Below the pieces are notes generated by a model. It worked only from the letters and a program-made list of their open reading frames with translations, made no database searches and was not told where the DNA came from. The position numbers and the translations under genes were made by a program. Below are positions 39,009-49,348 of a DNA stretch of 64,000 bases, one piece after another; the first letter of the stretch is position 1; every line of letters starts with the position of its first letter. The DNA is from Polyangiaceae bacterium (GTDB lineage: Bacteria > Myxococcota_A > Polyangia > Polyangiales > Polyangiaceae): the NCBI GenBank assembly GCA_044376115.1, contig JBILLK010000004.1, positions 406,285 to 470,284 of the forward strand. Reading direction: 5' to 3'.

Positions 39009-41539
39009 TGATGCGTAAGCACGTTCTAGCCATCTTCTTGCTCGCACCGTGGTTCGGCTGCGGAGACGACGCGAGTTCGAGCACGGGGGCCAGCGGCGGT
39101 AGCGGCGGGAACAGCGGCGGAGGCGGCGCTGCGGGCAGCTCTGGAACAGGGGGCGATCCGTTCGAAATCAACGAGTGCGAAACGGGCCAAGCGGAGTGCG
39201 CTGTGAACGCAACCTGCGTGGATACGCCAGGCTTCTATCAGTGCGTTTGCAACGACGGCTTCGAAGGTGACGGCGTCACCTGCAGCAACGTCGATGAGTG
39301 TCTCAACCTCACCGATGACTGCGACGACAACGCGCTATGCACCGACAGCGAAGGCAGCTTTAGCTGCGCGTGCGCCGCTGGTTTCGTGGGCGACGGGCTC
39401 AGCTGCGAAGCGCGCTACCTCCATGTTGCCACCGGCCAATCGCACGTCTGCGCGATCCGCGCCGACAACACGCTGCAGTGCTTCGGCCTCAACTCAAGCG
39501 GCCAGCTTGGCTTCGGCACGGACGATCCCATCTTTCTGCGGCCTGTGCAGGCCGGCAGCGCCGCAAACTACGCTTCGGTCAGCGCCGGCAACGCCTTCAC
39601 CTGCGCGGTAACGCTAGAAGGCGCTGGCGTTTGCTTTGGCGCCAACACCAACGGCCAGTTGGGTGACGGCACCACCGCCAGCAAGACCAGCCCAGCCTTC
39701 ATCTCGGAGACGGGGAGCTTCCTTCAGCTCGAGGCAGGCTCCTCGCACGCGTGCGGAATCCTGAGCGGCGGCGAGCTCAAGTGTTGGGGCAAGAACGATC
39801 GCGGCCAGCTCGGCCTCAATAGCCAAACCGACCAAACCACGCCTCAAACTGTGCAGCCCGGCCAAACCTGGAAGTCGGTCTCCGCCGGCGTGGATTTCAG
39901 CTGTGGCGTGCGAACCAACGGCTCGCTCTTCTGCTGGGGGCTCGGCACCAGCCGGCAGCTCGGTACGGGGCAGGCCGTCTCGAGCTTGGTGCCGCTGCAA
40001 GAGAGCACGCTGGCCACCGATTGGCAGTCGGTCCAAGCCGGAGCCGCTTTCGCGTGCGGGCTCAAGACCGATGGCACGCGGCACTGTTGGGGCGTCAACA
40101 ACCTGGGCCAGGGTGGCTCCGGCACCCTGACGACGTTGCTCACCCCTACCCTCGTCGGTAGCGAGACCGACTGGCAGACGCTCGCGCTCGGCGAGAACAC
40201 CGGCTGCGGCATCCGCGCCGGAGGCGGGCTGAGCTGTTGGGGCGACGGCAGCCTCGGGCAGACCAGCGGCTCCGCCGAGCTGCACACAACTCCGGTCGAC
40301 GTCGAAAGTGCGCGCAGCTTCACCGAGGTCGCCACCAGTCTTCGAACCAGCTGCGCCATCGACAATGAACAGCGCCTCTACTGCTGGGGCACCGCCAGTC
40401 GCGGGATCTCCGGCCAAGGCTACAACGCCGACCGCACTTCGCCCGACGCCGTAGCGCCTGCACAAAGTTACACATCGCTCGACGTCCAGCTCGAGCACAG
40501 CTGCGCCATTCGAGCCTCGGGGGAGCTCGAGTGTTGGGGGCGCAATGTGTTCGGCCAACTCGGTGACGCCACCGGCATCAGCCGCACCACGCCCACGCTT
40601 GTGGAAGGCAGTGACTGGACGCTGGTCCAAACAGGCCGGTCCCACAGCTGCGGCCTCCGCAAGCCGGGCGCGAGCGGCGAGGTTTGGTGCTGGGGCTCCG
40701 ATTCGCTCGGTGAGCTCGGTAACGGCGCGGGTACTGCGTCGCTCGTACCAGTGGCCGTCTCCTTACCGAATGAAGACGTGATCTCGCTCGCTGTCGGGCT
40801 CAATCACGCCTGCGCCCTCACCGCCGACAAGGAACTTTACTGCTGGGGCCGCAATGATCTCGGCCAACTCGGTGACAACACCAACACCAACCGCACCTCC
40901 CCGGTGCGCGTCGATCCGACGGGCAGCGCCAACTTCGAGAGCGTCGTTAGCAACGGCCACTTCACGTGCGCCTTGCGCGGAGCCCAAGGCGCCCTTCATT
41001 GTTGGGGCTCCAACGCCTTGGGCCAGCTCGGCTTGGGTGACGCAACCCCGGATGAGACCGACGAACCAGCGCTGGTCGGCACCGGCTTCTCGCAGGTCGG
41101 CGTATCGAGCAACCACACCTGCGCCCTCAAGGCCGGCGAGCTCTACTGTTGGGGGCGCAATGCGAGCGGGGAGCTCGGCATCGGCGCAACCACCCCGGCC
41201 TCGATTGCGAGCCCCACCAAAGTCGGCACCAAGACCGACTGGCAAACGGTGACGCTCGGGCAAGGCGCCTCCACCTTCGCGGTTGATACGAGTGGAGCCC
41301 TCTTCACCTTTGGCTCGAACGGAAATGGCCAGCTCGCGAACGGCACCACGTCCACCGTGACCTCGCCTCAGCAGGTGCTGCAAGGGCTCAGCTTCACGGA
41401 GCTCTCGTTGGGCGGCGAGCACGCCTGCGGCCTCGACGCCGGCGGTCAACTGAGCTGCTGGGGAAGCGCGGCCTACGCCCAATTGGGCTCGGGCGTTCCA
41501 TTCTCAAGCGTGCCTCAACTCGTGGTGAACCCGCTCTAA
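39008..41539 (+). CDS. Second EGF-like + RCC1-repeat lipoprotein (tandem paralog)
   Basis: TGATG coupling at 39006-39010. Two calcium-binding EGF domains and RCC1 repeats. Confidence 0.92.
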   Translation: MMRKHVLAIFLLAPWFGCGDDASSSTGASGGSGGNSGGGGAAGSSGTGGDPFEINECETGQAECAVNATCVDTPGFYQCVCNDGFEGDGVTCSNVDECLNLTDDCDDNALCTDSEGSFSCACAAGFVGDGLSCEARYLHVATGQSHVCAIRADNTLQCFGLNSSGQLGFGTDDPIFLRPVQAGSAANYASVSAGNAFTCAVTLEGAGVCFGANTNGQLGDGTTASKTSPAFISETGSFLQLEAGSSHACGILSGGELKCWGKNDRGQLGLNSQTDQTTPQTVQPGQTWKSVSAGVDFSCGVRTNGSLFCWGLGTSRQLGTGQAVSSLVPLQESTLATDWQSVQAGAAFACGLKTDGTRHCWGVNNLGQGGSGTLTTLLTPTLVGSETDWQTLALGENTGCGIRAGGGLSCWGDGSLGQTSGSAELHTTPVDVESARSFTEVATSLRTSCAIDNEQRLYCWGTASRGISGQGYNADRTSPDAVAPAQSYTSLDVQLEHSCAIRASGELECWGRNVFGQLGDATGISRTTPTLVEGSDWTLVQTGRSHSCGLRKPGASGEVWCWGSDSLGELGNGAGTASLVPVAVSLPNEDVISLAVGLNHACALTADKELYCWGRNDLGQLGDNTNTNRTSPVRVDPTGSANFESVVSNGHFTCALRGAQGALHCWGSNALGQLGLGDATPDETDEPALVGTGFSQVGVSSNHTCALKAGELYCWGRNASGELGIGATTPASIASPTKVGTKTDWQTVTLGQGASTFAVDTSGALFTFGSNGNGQLANGTTSTVTSPQQVLQGLSFTELSLGGEHACGLDAGGQLSCWGSAAYAQLGSGVPFSSVPQLVVNPL

Positions 41540-41577
41540 GTATTGCCTTTGAGCAGACCAGCGCGTCCCCTTCCCCG

Positions 41578-43260
41578 TTAGACTTCCGCGCCCAGCTGCT
41601 CGCGGAAGAAGGCGTTCACGGCCGGATCGTTGTAACGCTCGAAGTCGATGGCGAACGGGACGATCTGTGTCACACCGGCGTTGCGTTTGATCGTCAGCGC
41701 CATCGGCGTAACGTCGCGATAGCTCGAATCCGCGGGTAGATCGTCGTTGGTTTTCCCGCCGGCCGAGAACAGGTTGATCAGACGAGCATCGGCCTCCGAA
41801 TAGACCTCGCGGAAGCCTGCATCGATCTTCTCGTGACCGCGGATCATCGTGGTAGCGCCGATCTTCTGCATGAAGCGGCGGAACTGCTGACGGCCAAAAG
41901 CGAACCGCGCCGACTGCTTCTGCAGCTCGACCGGAACCACCTCGGCCAAGCTCGGATCGCTCCACAACATCTGAAAGCGGAGCTCAGCGTCGTTGAGCGA
42001 ATCGATCCCGTCGAACTTCGCTTCCATGGTGTCGTCTCGCGGGATGCCCGCATGGACGAAGAACAACTGATCGAAGGAAAGGACGTTCGGCAAGGCTTCA
42101 AACAGCCGCATGTACTCGGCGAAGAGCTCATCGCCTGCAACCGGCTTCAGCTCCGTCATCGCCTCGCATGGTTTGACCGCGCCATAGATGCGCCCGTTGA
42201 GCTCGACGTAGTACTCGTGATTCCCGCGCAACGGGATCACGTGGTCCGGCACCGAGAGGTAAAGCGAAAGCACCGTCCGGAGGATGCCGTTGTAACTGAA
42301 GCGGCCCCGGTCGATGTAGTCCCCGAGCAGCACGAGCAACATGTTCGGCTGGTTCACCGGATCATCGTGATAACGCTGGACCTTCTCGAAGAAGTCCGCC
42401 TGCAACAGCGCCGCCTTCAAACACGAGTAGCAACCGTGAAGGTCCCCAAGCACGAGCAGTTCGTAGGATTTGTCGCGCGGAGGGTGGACCACCACGTGCC
42501 CATCCATGAACGGCTCATCCTCGGCGAAATCGCGGAAGGTCGTTCCGAGCTTCAGCTTGCCGCGCCCCTTGGCGCGCTCGCTCTCGAGCCGATGAATCGC
42601 CCGCCTCACTATCTCGATGTCCTTCTGCGCCTCGGCCGCGAAGGTCTCTTTCTCCTTGGCGTACGGCCGCTCGGTGCGCGCGAAGAACGGGTGATCCGCC
42701 TTGTCCGCCACCAGCGTACGAGGAGCCTCCATCACCACGTGCCCGTGTTCGATCTCCTCAATCTCGTGGTCGAGAATTTCGGCAGGAGCCTCCACCAAGG
42801 CGCAAAGCTCCTTGCGCAAAGCCTCCTCGGCTGCGTCCACCCGACCGTCAGCCGCAATCAGCTCGTCGGCCGAGGCAAGCAGCTCCGCTCGCGTCTCCGG
42901 CTCGAAGGAGCGAAAGAGTTCGAAGCAACGCAGTTTGAGCCGTGAAATAGCAAAACTTCGCGAGTCCTCGTCGCCTGCCACCGCCTCATCGAGGTTCTCG
43001 CGGATCTCACGATCGATACCGTCGAGCACCTCGTGAAAGTGCGTCGTCCACTTGCTTACGAGCTCGTGCTTGAGTTCGCTGGGCTCGGTACCGAGCGCGA
43101 GATCGGCTCGCCCCTGGACCAGCTTCTGGATGTACTCGCGCAGAAATCTGCGTTCATCCGAGTCGAATGAGCCATCGATATAGCCGAAGGCTGTGAGGTA
43201 GGTGATGACCGCATTCATCTGCCGTTCGGCGAGCTGCGGGTCCGAACTAAAGTTCATCAT
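41578..43260 (-). CDS. TerB-like domain fused to a PPP-family (calcineurin-like) Ser/Thr phosphatase
   Basis: N-terminal GYIDGSFDSDE and AADGRVDAAE TerB-like motifs. C-terminal GDLHG, GDYIDRG, RGNHE, HAGI, LWSDP, RGHE and LFSA motifs. Confidence 0.88.
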   Translation of the reverse strand: MMNFSSDPQLAERQMNAVITYLTAFGYIDGSFDSDERRFLREYIQKLVQGRADLALGTEPSELKHELVSKWTTHFHEVLDGIDREIRENLDEAVAGDEDSRSFAISRLKLRCFELFRSFEPETRAELLASADELIAADGRVDAAEEALRKELCALVEAPAEILDHEIEEIEHGHVVMEAPRTLVADKADHPFFARTERPYAKEKETFAAEAQKDIEIVRRAIHRLESERAKGRGKLKLGTTFRDFAEDEPFMDGHVVVHPPRDKSYELLVLGDLHGCYSCLKAALLQADFFEKVQRYHDDPVNQPNMLLVLLGDYIDRGRFSYNGILRTVLSLYLSVPDHVIPLRGNHEYYVELNGRIYGAVKPCEAMTELKPVAGDELFAEYMRLFEALPNVLSFDQLFFVHAGIPRDDTMEAKFDGIDSLNDAELRFQMLWSDPSLAEVVPVELQKQSARFAFGRQQFRRFMQKIGATTMIRGHEKIDAGFREVYSEADARLINLFSAGGKTNDDLPADSSYRDVTPMALTIKRNAGVTQIVPFAIDFERYNDPAVNAFFREQLGAEV

Positions 43261-44798
43261 TTTGAGGGCTCTAACGCGGCTTCTAGCGCGGCAGGACGGG
43301 ACGAAATCAGCCCGGAGGAGGCGTAAGCACCAGCGCCAGCAGCCGGCGCAGGAGCGTGATCGTGAGGCATGGTTCCGCGAGGCGAGCGCAGATACACGAA
43401 CGGGGACGCGAAGGTGAAGTTGGAGACCCGCGAGGTGTACACATCCGCATAGCGTTCAACCTGCCGCGCGAAGTGGCTCTTGTCGTTGCCTGCCCACATG
43501 ATCGGCCCCCAGTGCACATTGCCGACCTCGCTCGCGAGCTTGGCCAGCGGCCCCACCTTGTCGTCGATCAGGTTGATCGCGCTGCGCAACTTACCGAGCG
43601 CCAGAGAGATCTCCGCCTCGGTGTCGGCTTCGATCGGGAGCGCCGGCCCGTATTGCCCACGCATCCTCGTCAGCAAGAGCCGGTAGCGGCAGTGCTCCTT
43701 CTCGAGCGCTTCTTTCTCTTGCATCAAGGCCGCAAGCTCGCTCAGCGCGGGCTCCGCATCGAAGGCCGAGACGAGCTCGTGCTCGAGCTCGCGAACGATC
43801 AGCGCCGTGCGCCAGCGCAGTACGTTCTTGCTTACGTGGACGTCCCCGAAGATGTGGTCGCCGACATACAAGATCTCATCGCCAGACAGGCCCAGGTGGT
43901 ACTCCACAGCCGCAGCGTTTCCGCCGTAATAGACCTTCCCCGGCGCGAGGTTGCCTACCACCGGCTTGAGCAAGCCCTCCTCGTTGACTACCTCCAAGAA
44001 GCCGCCCTTCGAGGAGAAGAAATTGGGCTTATTGGCGGCAACGATCACCAAGTCGAAGACGTCTCGCCAGCTCATCCCGCTCGGCAAATAAGGGTCAAAA
44101 GTCCACTTCATCATCGCCGAGGTGAACGACCACTCGGAGTTGGTGATCAGCAAGAGTTGTTTACCCGCATTTTTCTGATCGAGCAGGGCGAGCACGGTGT
44201 CCGGATCATTGACCACGAAGCGCTCAGGCGCGGCGACGATCTCTGCCTTGAGCTCCCCCTCCATGTGCGTGAGGTCGATGTGCTTTCGGGTCATGTCGTA
44301 GATGTCGCGGTAGGAGCGCAACGCCGGGAGCTTGCCCTGGTCGTAGAGGTCCACAAGCTGCGAGAACATGAACGCTTCAGAGAGCGAAAAAAGCGTATTG
44401 AGGAAGACCCAGCGGGACTCGGACAAATCGACGATGGTGCGGCTGTAGGCCGACCGGAGCTCCTCGAAGGAGAGCGGGCTCGTTCCGTGAAACGCGCGCT
44501 TTACGTAGCCGAAGCGGTTGGCCTTGACGACGTTGCCGAGCTCGCGATCGACCACCAAACCGCGAATGATGCCATTGGGGTCGAAGCGCAGATCAGCGAC
44601 GGGTAAGCCCAGCGCCAAAAGACGCTGGCGGAGGTGCTCATAGGCGCGGCTCTCCCACTCCTCGATCTGATAGTGCACCAAGGTGTAGTCCATGTCGTAA
44701 CCGATGCTCTTGATGGCACGCATGTTGAGCGTCCGATTGCAAAAGAGCGCTCGCTCGCGCGGCGGTTCCACCATCGGGTCGGAAAACGAGAAGGGCAT
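43257..44798 (-). CDS. HAD-IG family 5'-nucleotidase (cN-II-like)
   Basis: FCNRTLN, GYDMDYTL, LITNS, KPNFF, YVGDHIFGDV, WRTALI and RYADVYTS motifs. Confidence 0.93.
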   Translation of the reverse strand: MPFSFSDPMVEPPRERALFCNRTLNMRAIKSIGYDMDYTLVHYQIEEWESRAYEHLRQRLLALGLPVADLRFDPNGIIRGLVVDRELGNVVKANRFGYVKRAFHGTSPLSFEELRSAYSRTIVDLSESRWVFLNTLFSLSEAFMFSQLVDLYDQGKLPALRSYRDIYDMTRKHIDLTHMEGELKAEIVAAPERFVVNDPDTVLALLDQKNAGKQLLLITNSEWSFTSAMMKWTFDPYLPSGMSWRDVFDLVIVAANKPNFFSSKGGFLEVVNEEGLLKPVVGNLAPGKVYYGGNAAAVEYHLGLSGDEILYVGDHIFGDVHVSKNVLRWRTALIVRELEHELVSAFDAEPALSELAALMQEKEALEKEHCRYRLLLTRMRGQYGPALPIEADTEAEISLALGKLRSAINLIDDKVGPLAKLASEVGNVHWGPIMWAGNDKSHFARQVERYADVYTSRVSNFTFASPFVYLRSPRGTMPHDHAPAPAAGAGAYASSGLISSRPAALEAALEPSK

Positions 44799-44902
44799 GC
44801 CTCCGAGGTAGCTTTGCCTGGGGCTGACCTCAAGCGAGATCCGCGGCAAGAGCGCAGTCATTTCCTGGCTGAATCGCACGGCCTGCAATACGCTTGGTGT
44901 CT

Positions 44903-45913
44903 ATGCTTCCCCAATTCCCGTCGAGCTTTGGCCGGTCGAAGTTTGTTGTCCTTCCCTTGTTGTGCGCGTTTGCTTCGGTGATCGCGGCGTGTGGAGACGA
45001 CACCACCCCGCCGGAGGAGCAGGGCCTGCCCTTCGATCAGTTTCCCGAGGCCTACCGCGAGGCGCAGTGCGAGCACGCAACCACCTGCGGCTTCATGCCC
45101 GACCGGGAGACTTGTCTCGACGCGCTTTCGCCTGATGCGGTCGTCGTGCAAGCAACCGCAGCGGTCGCATGGGGTGACCTCACCTATGATCCCAACGCCG
45201 GTCTCAGCTGCGTAGAAGCCATTCGTACGGCTTCCTGTGAAGCCACCTCGCTCTACCCGCGCGAGCTGCGGCAGAACTGTGACGCCGTGTTCGGCAATCG
45301 GCGCGGTCAAGATGAGCCGTGCTTCGCGTCGATCGAGTGCCAAGGCTTGGACGCGGTGTGCGAGGGAGCCTGCGGTGACGGCTGCTGCCAAGGTGCGTGC
45401 AAGCTCGCCGGCGGCTTCGTGGCGGAGGGGGGCCTGTGTGACGGCTTCAATCCGTGTAACCCCGAATCCGTGTGCTTGTTCGACGAGATGTCGATGACCA
45501 ACATCTGCGTCAAACGCTCCAAGGCGAACGAAGCCTGCGTTCCCGACAGCTGCATCGACGGACACTTCTGCGACCCGAGCACCGCCAAGTGCTTTCAGCA
45601 GGCAAAGACAGGCGCGCAGTGCAACCCGGCGTTGCTCGGCGCCTGCGGCAACATCGGGGAGTACTGCGATGAGGCCGAGGGCAAGTGCAAGCCGAAGCCG
45701 GGCGAGGGTGACGCCTGTGCTGCCAACCCAGCGGCGATGGGCATCTGCGCCAACTACACGCTGTGCGACGGCACCACCTGCCGACGCTTGCCGGTGTCGG
45801 GCGAGGAATGTCCTCAAGGGGCGTGCCTCGGCGACTTCAGCTGCAACACCGAAGCTGAGCCTTTCGTCTGCAACGCCATCGCCCCGTCGCGCGCTTGCGT
45901 GATCCTCAAGTGA
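44903..45913 (+). CDS. Cys-rich lipoprotein
   Basis: Lipobox IAAC and many short G..C Cys repeats. Confidence 0.8.
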   Translation: MLPQFPSSFGRSKFVVLPLLCAFASVIAACGDDTTPPEEQGLPFDQFPEAYREAQCEHATTCGFMPDRETCLDALSPDAVVVQATAAVAWGDLTYDPNAGLSCVEAIRTASCEATSLYPRELRQNCDAVFGNRRGQDEPCFASIECQGLDAVCEGACGDGCCQGACKLAGGFVAEGGLCDGFNPCNPESVCLFDEMSMTNICVKRSKANEACVPDSCIDGHFCDPSTAKCFQQAKTGAQCNPALLGACGNIGEYCDEAEGKCKPKPGEGDACAANPAAMGICANYTLCDGTTCRRLPVSGEECPQGACLGDFSCNTEAEPFVCNAIAPSRACVILK

Positions 45914-45923
45914 GCTTGCGCTG

Positions 45924-47105
45924 ATGTCGGGGCGAATCCTGCCGCGCTTCGACTTCCGCGTCGATGTCGCGGCCGACTCGGTGGTCGGTCGCGTGCGGGA
46001 GTCCAACCAAGATGCACTCTTGGTAGCCCCTGAGCTGGCGCTGTTCGGCGTCGCCGACGGAATGGGCGGGCTCGCGCACGGAGACGTCGCTTCCCGGCTC
46101 GCCGTCGAGGTGGTTCGTCGCGAGCTGAGCGATCGCTCGGCAACCAAAGTCTTCGAGGCGTTCTTGCGCTCTCCGGACCTAGAGCGGCGGCGGGAAGTTT
46201 CGGCAAAGCTCCGCGCGGCTTTCAACGTCGCTCACGACGAGGTGCTCAAGGAACACGAAGCGCGCGGCGCGGTGATGGGAACCACGTTGGACATCTGTCT
46301 CTTGCTGCGCGGAATGGCGTTCATAACGCACGTCGGAGACGGCAGAGCCTTCCTGGTTCGCTCGCGAGCCACCCTGCAGCTAACCGAGGACCATCACGTT
46401 CGAGATCCGCATCAAAAACCGAGTGAGGCAGCGCGTGGCCCCAAGCCGCTAGCAAGCGGAATTGGCCTTCCCGTTCCGCTCCGTATCGACAGCTTCAGCG
46501 TCGACCTAAGCCGCGGAGACACCCTGCTGCTGGCGTCCGACGGCGCCTACGGCCCGTTGGGCGACGAGGCGGAGGTGTCGGCCATTTGTCGCGGTCCAGT
46601 CAAAACCATCGTCGAGCAGATCATCAAGACGTCGCTCGCGCGAGGTGGCCGGGACAACGCCTCGTGCGTCGCTGTTCGCGTCGAAGACAGGTTCGTCGCG
46701 CGCCCGGACGATCGGCCATTCTCCGACGCGATCCGCGTACTGGGAGATTGCCCACTCTTCGCGGGCCTCTCGACGCCAGCGCTGCTCTCGACGCTGACCG
46801 CAGCCGTCGAGCTCGAGCTCGAAGAAGGGGGCCGCTTGACGGCCTATGAGACGGGGGACTTTTGCGCCTACGTCCTGCTCGAAGGCATCGTGAAGATCGG
46901 GGAAATGAGCTTCGGCCCGCCGGCGCTCATCTTCGGTGAGTCACTCGTCGGAGTGGACCGTCGCCGGCCGCCGGCGCTGGCCAGCGAACGTGTACGCTGC
47001 CTTCGCTTTCGGAAGGATGACGTGCAAGAGGTTAGCTCCCACGACAACGCGCTCGGCCTCGAGCTCTACCGCCGCCTGGCCACGCATCTCGCAGAGACCA
47101 CCTGA
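45924..47105 (+). CDS. PP2C phosphatase with a C-terminal cyclic-nucleotide-binding-like domain
   Basis: RESNQD, VADGMGG, MGTT, HVGDGR, ASDG and GGRDN motifs. C-terminal PLFAGLS...YVLLEGIV...FGE. Confidence 0.85.
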   Translation: MSGRILPRFDFRVDVAADSVVGRVRESNQDALLVAPELALFGVADGMGGLAHGDVASRLAVEVVRRELSDRSATKVFEAFLRSPDLERRREVSAKLRAAFNVAHDEVLKEHEARGAVMGTTLDICLLLRGMAFITHVGDGRAFLVRSRATLQLTEDHHVRDPHQKPSEAARGPKPLASGIGLPVPLRIDSFSVDLSRGDTLLLASDGAYGPLGDEAEVSAICRGPVKTIVEQIIKTSLARGGRDNASCVAVRVEDRFVARPDDRPFSDAIRVLGDCPLFAGLSTPALLSTLTAAVELELEEGGRLTAYETGDFCAYVLLEGIVKIGEMSFGPPALIFGESLVGVDRRRPPALASERVRCLRFRKDDVQEVSSHDNALGLELYRRLATHLAETT

Positions 47106-47113
47106 AACGGGCG

Positions 47114-48094
47114 CTAGAAAGCGCCCCAGAGCGAAAGGCCCGGCCCGGTACCGTCTGCGCTCACCAAACTCACGCCCTCCAAACGAGCCGAACTTGGCGC
47201 TTCCTCGGGAGCCGAGGGCCCGCTGGTCGCGACCAATATCGAGCCAACCACGACTGAAACAGCGCCCAAAGGAATCAACACCTCGGCGAAGCCAGTTGCA
47301 AGTCGCCCCCGATCGTACGTTGCCTCGGCATCCGCTGGGCACGCGTTGTCGGGCCCGCAGAGATCGTCAAGTTCAGAGATCGCTGCCTGGCGAACGCCGA
47401 TACTTACTCCGCCGCCAATCATCGAAGCCGCACCGAACGAAATCAGCACGATTCCAGGCACACTCACCCCCGAACTGGTCGGCGTTTGGGGCGTGCCATC
47501 GCTCTCCACGTTCTCCGGCACCGCGATCGTGAGTTCACGGGTCTCACCTTGCTTGAGCGTCACCCGCTCGGTCGCCACGGTCTTGTCGTTGACCACCAGG
47601 GTGACCACGTGTTCGCCCGGATCCACCGGAACCGCTTGGGACGTCGTCGCCAACTCTTGCCCATCGAGCAGCGCGCGCGCGGTTGCGCTCCCCTCGCCGG
47701 CTTTCTTCACCGTCAACTTTGGGATCTGCGCGGTCAACTCGTTGATGCGCTTCGGAGCCAGGTCCTTCACCGTCTCCGCGCCCGCCGTGTCGGCTTTTGA
47801 TAACGCCAACCGGTAGTTCCCCAGCGCCGCCACGAGCCGCCCCAACTTGCTTTCACACTCAGCGATGTTGAACGCCACCTGTGCGCTCATTTTGAAGCGG
47901 CCTGCGGCTTTGAAGCGAGTGAGCGCGTTCGCCCAGTCTTCAGCGGCCATCAACGACACCCCTTCGATGAATTGGTCGCGTGCGGCGATCAGCGCGGGGT
48001 CCTCGGCGGGTTTGGTCTCCCCAGTTTGCGCAAGCAAAGGAGTGGGAGCGAGCAGCAAGGCGATGACAAACCCGAATGGAATGGCGCGACGCAC
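47114..48094 (-). CDS. TPR/PEGA-type membrane-anchored protein
   Basis: Signal peptide, FNIAECESKLG TPR, VDPGEHVV PEGA-like segment and C-terminal TM segments. Confidence 0.75.
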   Translation of the reverse strand: MRRAIPFGFVIALLLAPTPLLAQTGETKPAEDPALIAARDQFIEGVSLMAAEDWANALTRFKAAGRFKMSAQVAFNIAECESKLGRLVAALGNYRLALSKADTAGAETVKDLAPKRINELTAQIPKLTVKKAGEGSATARALLDGQELATTSQAVPVDPGEHVVTLVVNDKTVATERVTLKQGETRELTIAVPENVESDGTPQTPTSSGVSVPGIVLISFGAASMIGGGVSIGVRQAAISELDDLCGPDNACPADAEATYDRGRLATGFAEVLIPLGAVSVVVGSILVATSGPSAPEEAPSSARLEGVSLVSADGTGPGLSLWGAF

Positions 48095-48193
48095 GTTGCA
48101 GAGGCTACCTGAAATCGTGCGAGTTCAAGAAGACATCGGCAATCAGGCCTTCTAAGCTAGCCGCCGGCCTGGTGATCCAGGAGAAGGAGCCAC

Positions 48194-49270
48194 GTGAAGA
48201 TCCTCTACGGTGTCGTCGGCGAAGGCATGGGCCATGCGATGCGGTCGCGCGTCGTGCTCGAGCACCTCATCGCTGGTGGACACACCATCGAGATCATGGC
48301 GTCGGGTCGCGCTGTCGACTTCCTGTCGAAGCGCTTTAGCGACGTGAATCGCATCCACGGCCTGCACATGATCTACGAGGAGAACCGCGTGCGCCGGGGG
48401 AAGACCTTGTGGAGCAACGTGCTCTCAGGCGCCACCGGAATTCCCAAGAACATCGCCCTCTACTTCGAGTCCATCTCTTCGCTCCACCCGGAGGTCGTGA
48501 TCAGCGACTTTGAGTCGTGGACGTACCTCTACGCGAAGGCCCACCGTCTGCCGGTGCTCTCGATCGACAACATGCAGATCATCAACCGCGCGGTGATCCC
48601 CAGCCACATCACCGAAGGGCACGAGACCGATTTCCAGATCGCCAAGGCCTTCGTCAAAAGCAAGCTGCCTTTCTGTGACGAGTACCTGGTGACCACGTTC
48701 TTTCGCCCCGAACTCCGCAAGCCGAAAACCAAGCTGTTTCCGCCCATTCTTCGGCCTGAGATCCTCGCCGCGAAGCCGTCGCAAGGGGACCACTTGCTGG
48801 TCTACCAAACGGCGGAAGGCAATGACGGCCTCGCGGAGACCTTACGGCGCACAGGCCTGGAGTGTCATCTCTACGGCATGCGCCGCGACCTGAAGGAGGA
48901 CGTGCGCGAGGGCACGCTGCTCTATCGTCCGTTCAGCGAACAAGGCTTTATCGATGATCTTGCGTCGTGCAAAGCCGTCGTAGCGGGTGGTGGTTTCACC
49001 TTGATGGGCGAGTGTGTCTACCTCCACAAGCCGATGCTGGCGATCCCGCTCGCGGGTCAGTTCGAGCAAGTGTTGAACGGGCGTTTTCTCGCACATGAAG
49101 GCTTCGGCGCAATGGCCGACAACCTCAGCGACCCGAACACCGTCTTTCAATTCGTGGAGCGGGTCCCCGAGTTCAGCGCAAACCTTGAGCGCTACGCCCA
49201 AGACGGAAACAAGGAGCTACTCGGCGCCGTCGATGAGTTCCTCGATCGGGCTGCCGCTGGCCTTTGTTAG
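48194..49270 (+). CDS. MJ1255/VC2487-family glycosyltransferase
   Basis: MKILYGVVGEGMGHAMRS, VISDFE, GGGFTLMGE and GQFEQ motifs. GAAGGAG SD. Confidence 0.9.
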   Translation: MKILYGVVGEGMGHAMRSRVVLEHLIAGGHTIEIMASGRAVDFLSKRFSDVNRIHGLHMIYEENRVRRGKTLWSNVLSGATGIPKNIALYFESISSLHPEVVISDFESWTYLYAKAHRLPVLSIDNMQIINRAVIPSHITEGHETDFQIAKAFVKSKLPFCDEYLVTTFFRPELRKPKTKLFPPILRPEILAAKPSQGDHLLVYQTAEGNDGLAETLRRTGLECHLYGMRRDLKEDVREGTLLYRPFSEQGFIDDLASCKAVVAGGGFTLMGECVYLHKPMLAIPLAGQFEQVLNGRFLAHEGFGAMADNLSDPNTVFQFVERVPEFSANLERYAQDGNKELLGAVDEFLDRAAAGLC

Positions 49271-49348
49271 CGACGCCACCGGCTGACCCTCGAGGCAGCC
49301 GGTACCCAGCCAGCTGGGTGCCCCAGCTAGCCCGGTTGCCGACAACGA

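Noticed and set aside
49293..49340. Nested inverted repeats between convergent genes
   Set aside because: Probably an ordinary terminator-like hairpin; no other copy noticed.
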